Assembly: GCA_019057375.1 (NCBI GenBank)
Contig: DXJF01000026.1
Span: forward strand, 1 to 10,354
Direction: 5' to 3'
Length of the DNA: 10,354 nucleotides
Source: Candidatus Heimdallarchaeota archaeon
GTDB lineage: Archaea > Asgardarchaeota > Heimdallarchaeia > Heimdallarchaeales > Heimdallarchaeaceae
The notes below the pieces were generated by a model. That model ran no database searches and had not been told where the DNA came from. It worked only from the letters and a program-made list of their open reading frames with translations. Positions 1 to 5,545 of the stretch are shown here, one piece after another; the stretch's first letter is position 1, and the number at the start of each line of letters is the position of its first letter. A program made the translations under genes and the position numbers.

Positions 1-276
1 AACAAAACTTCTAGAGTTGGAACATATGGCCAAGAACCGTACCCAACTGAACAATACCAAGCTAGCTTGAAATTTGTAACTGAAATATACTTCGAGAACA
101 ATACTGTTATTTTCCTATTTGTGGATCTAGATGGACTAGTTCTCTTCAAATCATCAACATGGCATGATGACTATCAATATAGTCAAAATCTTTTAGGAGC
201 AGATGTTCTTATACCTGAAAGCGCATTTGATGATTATATAACAGTATTAAGTAACCTATTTGCTCCACACTTCTAA
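1..276 (+). CDS. 5'-truncated hypothetical protein; C-terminal 91 aa of a paralogue of 293..982
   Basis: Frame 1 is open from base 1 to TAA 274-276 (NKTSRVGTYGQEPYPTEQYQASLKFVTEIYFEN...FAPHF), so the TTG start at 67 in the ORF track is an artefact. It aligns without gaps to aa 139-229 of the next ORF, 52/91 identical by hand count. Confidence 0.9.
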   Translation, partial: NKTSRVGTYGQEPYPTEQYQASLKFVTEIYFENNTVIFLFVDLDGLVLFKSSTWHDDYQYSQNLLGADVLIPESAFDDYITVLSNLFAPHF

Positions 277-279
277 ATT

Positions 280-285
280 AGGTGA
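280..285 (+). promoter_or_regulatory. Shine-Dalgarno site AGGTGA
   Basis: AGGTGA lies 7 nt upstream of ATG 293 and is complementary to the conserved 16S 3' end (UCACCU). Confidence 0.75.
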
Positions 286-292
286 AAGATGA

Positions 293-982
293 ATGACTGA
301 AAAAATATTGAGTAAAGCAATCTCAAGAAGCCTAAAAGGTAGTTTCATTAAATGGCTAGCTATTGGTTTCGGAATTGCTGTAGTAACTGGAGGAATTGTA
401 GGAATTGGAGTATACTTTGGTATTCAAGAACCAACTACACCCAATCCTGAAGTAGAACCTTTCTCTACACAATTAGCTGAATCAGTATATGCTTTAATAT
501 CTAATGTAGTACATGTAGAAATCATTGGAAATGCAACTGCTCAGATAAATAGTCGAATGATAAGTGCAACTTTTGATAGAGTTGGTGATAATGTTACTTA
601 CTCATGGGATGTTACAGGGTATGCAATTGATCCAATAGAGGAAGTCAACTTTGTTCTCTCAACAAGTCAAGTGAATGAAATTGGTCAAGGATTATTAGAT
701 TCAATCAATAATACTGAAAAAGTAGGAATTTGGGGAGTTGAACCCTATGTATCAGAAGGAGAGCAACCTAATATGAAATGGGTAACAGAATTATATCTTG
801 AAAACAGTACTGTAATCTATTTGTATGTCAACATGGAGAGTTTAATTCTTTTCCAATCAACTACTTGGACAGGAGATTATCAAGCTAATACTAACATGAT
901 TGGAGCAACAGTTCTTGAACCAGAAAGTGCTTTTGATGAATATATATCAGTTTTAAGTACTTTATTCGCCCCACGCTTTTAA
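293..982 (+). CDS. Hypothetical single-pass (type II-like) membrane protein with an extracytoplasmic domain of unknown family
   Basis: 229 aa. Basic N-terminus (aa 1-20), Gly-rich hydrophobic helix at aa 21-44 with GxxxG motifs (G33-G37, G39-G43), Pro/Thr linker QEPTTPNPEVEP, then an acidic domain with N-x-S/T sequons (NAT, NVT, NNT, NST). Good SD site and a conserved paralogue upstream. Confidence 0.85.
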   Translation: MTEKILSKAISRSLKGSFIKWLAIGFGIAVVTGGIVGIGVYFGIQEPTTPNPEVEPFSTQLAESVYALISNVVHVEIIGNATAQINSRMISATFDRVGDNVTYSWDVTGYAIDPIEEVNFVLSTSQVNEIGQGLLDSINNTEKVGIWGVEPYVSEGEQPNMKWVTELYLENSTVIYLYVNMESLILFQSTTWTGDYQANTNMIGATVLEPESAFDEYISVLSTLFAPRF

Positions 983-986
983 AATT

Positions 987-991
987 GGTGA
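987..991 (+). promoter_or_regulatory. Shine-Dalgarno site GGTGA
   Basis: GGTGA lies 7 nt upstream of ATG 999, inside a 16-nt intergenic spacer. Confidence 0.7.
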
Positions 992-998
992 AATATGA

Positions 999-1472
999 AT
1001 GACAAAGAAAAATGATGAAGATATGATCTCTTCTTTAACTGGAACATCTTTACGTGTATTTGTATATGCACTAAAGAAAGCTAAAGATGTTGGAGTTAGA
1101 GAAACCCAAAGAGATTTAGGATTTAAATCAGCCAGTCATTCTCAATATCACCTTCAAAGATTAGAGCAACTAGGACTTCTTGAAAGAAACACGAATAATA
1201 GATATAACTTAAAAGAGGAGTATGAAAACTTACGAAGTCTAAAGATAGGTATTCTTACTGAAATCTATGTATTCAAAGGTTGGATAATACCTTCTTTAGG
1301 ACTTTTTTCTGGATTTTTGGTAAGTAGCTTGATAATTATTATTCTATTTTATTTCCTACTGACTCCTCTAGCTGCAGTAATATTCGGTTCTGTTGCACTA
1401 TTTATGAGTTCTATTTACTCAGGATATAGAGCTATTCAAATAATCAAATCTTTCAAACAGAGTGAAGAGTAA
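999..1472 (+). CDS. Membrane-anchored winged helix-turn-helix transcriptional regulator (N-terminal wHTH plus two C-terminal TM helices)
   Basis: The segment GVRETQRDLGFKSASHSQYHLQRLEQLGLLER is a LexA/ArsR-like wHTH pattern. Hydrophobic stretches at about aa 100-120 and 123-143 are joined by a very short loop and followed by a basic tail. Confidence 0.8.
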   Translation: MTKKNDEDMISSLTGTSLRVFVYALKKAKDVGVRETQRDLGFKSASHSQYHLQRLEQLGLLERNTNNRYNLKEEYENLRSLKIGILTEIYVFKGWIIPSLGLFSGFLVSSLIIIILFYFLLTPLAAVIFGSVALFMSSIYSGYRAIQIIKSFKQSEE

Positions 1473-1500
1473 AGATCTCACTTCTGTTTATTTTTCTTCT
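1455..1500. terminator. Imperfect hairpin plus T-tract at a convergent junction; candidate terminator
   Basis: AAACAGA (1455-1461) pairs with TCTGTTT (1483-1489), GTGA with TCAC and GA with TC, giving 13 bp with two 1-nt bulges and a 7-nt loop. TTTTTCTTCT follows on the + strand. Confidence 0.4.
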
Positions 1501-1955
1501 AATATGTTTCTTACATGCTCTAGAGCTTTTTTGTTATTTTCCCATTTTAGAAGCTCTAAAGCTTCTTTGAAAGAGCACCATTTCCATTGATCATGTTCTG
1601 CTGGATCAATACTTGGTAAATCAGGTTGGTTGATTTTTGCAACAAAAACATATTCCGGAATTTCTTTAACACCTTCAGGATAATCCTTGTTGTATTTTTC
1701 TTCTATTACAATATTATAGGAAAAATCAGTCTGAAAAATGAAGTTTGGAATATAACTTGTTTCTTCTAGCAATTCACGTTTAGCTGCATCTAAAAGGTCT
1801 TCTCCTTTTTCAGGGGCTCCTGTTACTCCTTGCCAGAAACCACCAATACTTTCAATTCTCTTAAGCAGAAGATACTCCCAACCATTATCTATTTCTTTTA
1901 CAGGATAGACCAGCACTTGTTTTGGAATTCTCATTAATGTTGAAAATTCTCTCAC
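1488..1955 (-). CDS. NUDIX hydrolase, NudB (dihydroneopterin triphosphate/dATP pyrophosphohydrolase)-like
   Basis: NUDIX box G-APEKG-E-DLLDAAK-RELLEETS preceded by FWQGVTG (NudB-type FWQxVTG), with a downstream EH-x2-WKW motif. The start is either GTG 1955 or ATG 1934; the GTG lies inside an AGGTGA SD-like motif at 1952-1957. Confidence 0.9.
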   Translation of the reverse strand: MREFSTLMRIPKQVLVYPVKEIDNGWEYLLLKRIESIGGFWQGVTGAPEKGEDLLDAAKRELLEETSYIPNFIFQTDFSYNIVIEEKYNKDYPEGVKEIPEYVFVAKINQPDLPSIDPAEHDQWKWCSFKEALELLKWENNKKALEHVRNILEEK

Positions 1956-1988
1956 CTATAAAATAGGTTTCATTTTACACATTTAACC

Positions 1989-2015
1989 AAAAAATAATAA
2001 TATGTATTATTTTTT
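1989..2015. promoter_or_regulatory. Perfect 11-5-11 inverted repeat in a divergent promoter; candidate operator
   Basis: AAAAAATAATA-ATATG-TATTATTTTTT, ending 9 nt before ATG 2025. The arms are entirely A/T, so chance occurrence is not excluded. Confidence 0.45.
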
Positions 2016-2024
2016 ATATCAGAT

Positions 2025-3677
2025 ATGATGTATAAAAGAAGATTAGCAGTACTGATTATTCCATTACTCTTGCTAAGTCCATTAATTATCACCAATCAAG
2101 ATGTTTTGACTGTCCAGGGTTGGGGTATCCTCACTCACCAGTATATCTCTGGAGAAGCTGTTAATATTGTAGATTTAAATTGGGAGGAAGCTTTTGGTTA
2201 CTATTCTCCTGAAGTAATTAGTGGTAGTACCTATCCTGACCAAGTTCTGCAAGATTGGGAAAATCACCTTTATTACCCTGTAAGCGGGGAACACAATGCT
2301 CCGTTTAAGATTACTGAAATGGTTGGAGAAATTAGGATTTTCGCTCAAAACGAAGAATGGGATAACATGTTCTTTTTCCTCGGTATTATGTCACATTATA
2401 TTGCAGACATAAATATTCCTGTACATACCTATGACTACTGGCCTGGTCATCCTGCTTATGAATCTGATATTAACTATAATTTAGGCAGTTTCGACGTAAC
2501 TCCTTATGATTTTGGAGCCATTTCTAATACAACAGATTTTATTATTGATTGCGCAACTCATGCCTATACATATTACTGGGATATAGTAGCTGCATATCCT
2601 GATGAAGGAGTTTCAGGTCCAGTTATTTCAAATTCAACAATTAAATCAATTACTGAAGAACAATTAGGACGAGCAATAGGTGCAATAGACGCTGTCTGGA
2701 ATTACACCTTGGCTACAATAACTCCACCAATAATAACTAAGGTTCCTGATGTTGCAAAAATTCTTGTGGACAGATTCCACGAAAATGATTATGCTTCAGA
2801 TGATCTTACAAAAACATTCGTTGATACACTTGATAGAGATGTAGTCAAAGTAGTATATAACGATGCAGAGATTAATTCAACATCTCTTGTAGGCGTTGAT
2901 CTACTAGTTATTACAGCTCCAATAACAACAACAGATTTCACAACGAATGAGATAACAACAATAGCTAATTGGTACCAAGCTGGAGGACATATTCTACTAA
3001 GTAGCAGAGGAGATTTTGCTTGGGATGTTAATTTTGAAACTATGAATGCTCTTTTAGCTGCAATTGGTTCTGATATAAGGGTAAATGATGATAATCTTTA
3101 CACCTCACCAGCAGATCCAGAATACTACAAAGCCTGGTATTGTTATTCAGGCAATTATAATCTTGATCCAGAAGTAGCTTATATTACAGAGAACTTGACT
3201 AGAAGAATTCAATATTTCTCCCCAAGTTCATTGTACAAAACAACTGGTTCTGATGATGTACACTGGCTAATGTATGGTGAAGATTATTTTTATCAATCTG
3301 ATGAAGAATCACCTGCTCCAGCAGTAGTTTATGATATGATTGACAATGATGTTGGTGGTGACATTATACCTATAGCAGGTATAGAAGTAAATGGGGATTC
3401 ATCAATAGCTGTCTTTGGTTCAACAGTATGGACTAACTATGATTTTGCTTTAACCAACAGAGACAACAAATATCTCGTTTATAACACAATCGAGTATCTA
3501 TTAGGTATAGATTTAGAATCAAACGATGATTATACGCCAGAAGAACCCACTGAACCCACTGAACCTACAACACCTTCTAATACTGAAAATACTCCTTATC
3601 CTGCTCTAGGATCTCTAGCACTAACATTATTACTAGTAGTTTTCTTAAGCAGAAGAAACAGGAATAAGAAAGAATAA
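2025..3677 (+). CDS. Secreted, C-terminally anchored zinc-dependent phospholipase C / S1-P1 nuclease-fold protein fused to a DUF4350/GIFT-like domain
   Basis: Signal peptide ends in VQG before W33. Tri-zinc ligand set: W33, H38, D72 (GSTYPD), H81, H124-x3-D128-x5-H134, H142-x3-E146. Second domain at about aa 244-493 (KILVDRFH, VDLLVITAP, F-x3-EI-x2-IANWYQAGGHILL, NALLAAIGSDIRVNDD). Then a Pro/Glu/Thr linker, a TM helix and RRNRNKKE. Confidence 0.85.
   Translation: MMYKRRLAVLIIPLLLLSPLIITNQDVLTVQGWGILTHQYISGEAVNIVDLNWEEAFGYYSPEVISGSTYPDQVLQDWENHLYYPVSGEHNAPFKITEMVGEIRIFAQNEEWDNMFFFLGIMSHYIADINIPVHTYDYWPGHPAYESDINYNLGSFDVTPYDFGAISNTTDFIIDCATHAYTYYWDIVAAYPDEGVSGPVISNSTIKSITEEQLGRAIGAIDAVWNYTLATITPPIITKVPDVAKILVDRFHENDYASDDLTKTFVDTLDRDVVKVVYNDAEINSTSLVGVDLLVITAPITTTDFTTNEITTIANWYQAGGHILLSSRGDFAWDVNFETMNALLAAIGSDIRVNDDNLYTSPADPEYYKAWYCYSGNYNLDPEVAYITENLTRRIQYFSPSSLYKTTGSDDVHWLMYGEDYFYQSDEESPAPAVVYDMIDNDVGGDIIPIAGIEVNGDSSIAVFGSTVWTNYDFALTNRDNKYLVYNTIEYLLGIDLESNDDYTPEEPTEPTEPTTPSNTENTPYPALGSLALTLLLVVFLSRRNRNKKE
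3543..3569 (+). repeat. 9-bp tandem repeat x3 encoding an EPT linker
   Basis: GAACCCACT GAACCCACT GAACCTACA, in frame (EPT EPT EPT). Confidence 0.9.
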
Positions 3678-3692
3678 ACCTGTTTCTGACAA

Positions 3693-3702
3693 TTTTTCTT
3701 TT
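3693..3702 (+). terminator. Oligo-T tract; candidate archaeal terminator of 2025..3677
   Basis: TTTTTCTTTT lies 15 nt after the stop codon. Confidence 0.45.
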
Positions 3703-3725
3703 ATGCTAGATTTGGGAAGAAGGGT

Positions 3726-4592
3726 TCAATTGTTTTCCTCTTTTCTTTTCTCAATGAAACGATAAACAGATCCCCACATGTAGTTGTCTTCCCTTTCTTT
3801 AACTTCAAAGTTATTAGTGTGCATCCATTTCTGTAGCGATTCCTTAGTTATATTATCATATTTGGAGTTAATATCACCATCATAAAAGCCATCCTTCTTC
3901 AAAACTTCCTTGATGGTTTTCATGATATCTCCAGATAATTTTACCTTATCATCTGGGTCATCTCTTTTTAAAAGGGAGAGATCATAAAGTTCAAACACTC
4001 TTCGGAGTTCTTTAATTGGATGCTCGTGCTTATCAACTCTTACATTGATGTATCTGTCTGTTCCTCCATCATATGCACCTTCTTCTTTAACAATTAGAAT
4101 TGCAGCTGACTGTTTTCCTCTACTATCTCCACCAGCTTCTTGTCCTTCTTCTAATGCTGCCAGAAGTTTTTCAACAAGATCACCAGATGTTTCTCTATAA
4201 GCATGTGACATTGCTAAAACAGTATCTTCAGAAACAAGTATATTCCCTTGACATGCATAATTTTCACCAATCACATGTCCAGCCCAATCAAAGCATTTCT
4301 TTCCTGTAAATGAAGCAACGTTTCCAAAAGAGTCAACTATACCAACTTGTCTTTGTTCTCTTTTCTCATCATGTTGAGTGATAATTTTAATCGTCTCTTC
4401 TGCTGACATACCTTGTTCCAATAATGCTAAACCTTTTGGGCCATAACTTGTATTCGCCCATGCTTGTGTGGCAATCGCACCTACATTCGCTTTAGCAAAT
4501 GGAACAATGCTTCCAACTGCAATGAATTTTGACTGCACAGCTACTCCCCACTCTTTCTTTTCAGGATCATAAGCTACTATTGAGAATGTCAT
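3726..4592 (-). CDS. DUF1028 family Ntn-hydrolase-fold protein with a C-terminal putative peptidoglycan-binding-like domain
   Basis: Family-typical start MTFSIVA, plus WGVAVQSKF, VGAIATQA, RQVGIVD, GNIL and AGGDSRGKQSAA. The true start is probably ATG 4592, because the GTG at 4601 sits inside an AGGTGA SD (4598-4603) 5 nt upstream of that ATG. The last ~70 aa (LKKDGFYDG...NNFE) resemble PG_binding_2. Confidence 0.9.
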   Translation of the reverse strand: MTFSIVAYDPEKKEWGVAVQSKFIAVGSIVPFAKANVGAIATQAWANTSYGPKGLALLEQGMSAEETIKIITQHDEKREQRQVGIVDSFGNVASFTGKKCFDWAGHVIGENYACQGNILVSEDTVLAMSHAYRETSGDLVEKLLAALEEGQEAGGDSRGKQSAAILIVKEEGAYDGGTDRYINVRVDKHEHPIKELRRVFELYDLSLLKRDDPDDKVKLSGDIMKTIKEVLKKDGFYDGDINSKYDNITKESLQKWMHTNNFEVKEREDNYMWGSVYRFIEKRKEENN

Positions 4593-4597
4593 TTTTA

Positions 4598-4603
4598 TCA
4601 CCT
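4598..4603 (-). promoter_or_regulatory. Shine-Dalgarno site AGGTGA for the DUF1028 gene
   Basis: TCACCT on the + strand, 5 nt from ATG 4592. Confidence 0.75.
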
Positions 4604-4758
4604 AAACGTTGAATCTGTTGATAATAAACTTTCTCTAATCTATCCAACTCATAATCCTTTGTTTTTCTACAAAAATTAATATACGGAGTTTCTAGAAAAT
4701 ATTTATTAAAGAAAACAGAAAATTTTTACGTTTTTTTGATTCTGAGAATTATAATACT

Positions 4759-5457
4759 ATGGTTCCAGAATCTGATGAACAAAAAAAAGTTGATTTTCCA
4801 CTCTACCAACAACCTTATCCTGAAGAAACTCTACTTATAGATTTAGTTCCACCTGAGGAGTTTAAAATTGGAAAGTCTCCTTTTATTGATTCTGTAAACA
4901 CTAGAAAGAGTAGAAGAAAGTATACAGACGAATATCTGACTTTGGAGGATATATCCTTCCTACTTTGGTGTACTCAAGGCTTAAAAGAAGTATTACGATC
5001 TGGAAGAGGAGTTAGAAGAACTGTTCCTTCCTCTGGAGCAAAAAGTCCTTTTGAAACATACTTGGTTGTAAATCGAGTAGAAGGACTAGAAACAGGTTTA
5101 TATCGTTATATCTCTTTTTCACACAAATTAATGTTCGTAAAACAAATTGAAAACTCTGAAGAAAAAATAGGTACTTTAGTATATAATCAAAAATTTGTAG
5201 GAAAAGCTCCTGTTATCTTCTTTTGGACAGCAATACCTTATCGAACCGAGTGGCGTTATACAATTCTTGCGCATAAATTCATAGCAATAGACTTAGGGAT
5301 TGTATGTCAAAGTCTCTACATGGCTTGTGAAGCAATTAACCTTGGTACAGTTGCTATAGGATACTATGAACAGAACAAGCTGGATAAACTGTTTGAATTA
5401 AATACAGCAGACGAATTTGTCGTTTTACTCGCTCCAGTTGGGAAATATGAAGCATAA
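4759..5457 (+). CDS. SagB/ThcOx-family FMN-dependent dehydrogenase (nitroreductase fold)
   Basis: RKSRRKY, LTLEDISFLLWCTQG, RRTVPSSGAKSPFETYLVV, GLETGLYRY, and a C-terminal LGTVAIG...PVG. Confidence 0.9.
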   Translation: MVPESDEQKKVDFPLYQQPYPEETLLIDLVPPEEFKIGKSPFIDSVNTRKSRRKYTDEYLTLEDISFLLWCTQGLKEVLRSGRGVRRTVPSSGAKSPFETYLVVNRVEGLETGLYRYISFSHKLMFVKQIENSEEKIGTLVYNQKFVGKAPVIFFWTAIPYRTEWRYTILAHKFIAIDLGIVCQSLYMACEAINLGTVAIGYYEQNKLDKLFELNTADEFVVLLAPVGKYEA

Positions 5458-5503
5458 AACATGAATAACTGTGAACTGATTAATCTAAAATCTCTGCTAG
5501 AAT

Positions 5504-5511
5504 TTTTATAT
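5504..5511 (+). promoter_or_regulatory. Candidate archaeal TATA box for 5546..6520
   Basis: TTTTATAT about 35-45 nt upstream of the start codon(s). The context is AT-rich, so the evidence is weak. Confidence 0.3.
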
Positions 5512-5545
5512 CTTCAAGATTCTTTCTTAAATAGATTTAAGGTAG

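Noticed and set aside
67-276. 69-aa ORF starting at TTG 67
   Set aside because: The frame is open to base 1 and homology to the paralogue continues upstream of 67, so it is the tail of a longer gene.
289-300. Out-of-frame mini-ORFs from ATGAATGA at both operon spacers (M-N-D-stop at 289; MNDKEK-stop at 995)
   Set aside because: These ATGs are only 3 nt from the SD and are a by-product of the duplicated spacer; there is no evidence of use.
293-424. Class III (archaeal pilin/archaellin) signal peptide in the 229-aa protein (LKG-SFIKW)
   Set aside because: The residues after KG (S at +1, K at +4) do not fit the prepilin-peptidase pattern, and no pilus assembly genes are in view.
1989-2015. Xer/dif site interpretation of the 11-5-11 repeat
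   Set aside because: dif sites have 11-6-11 geometry with more complex arms; this one has a 5-nt spacer and A/T-run arms.
4100-4309. 69-aa + strand ORF
   Set aside because: Antisense shadow wholly inside the well-supported DUF1028 gene, with no motif or SD.
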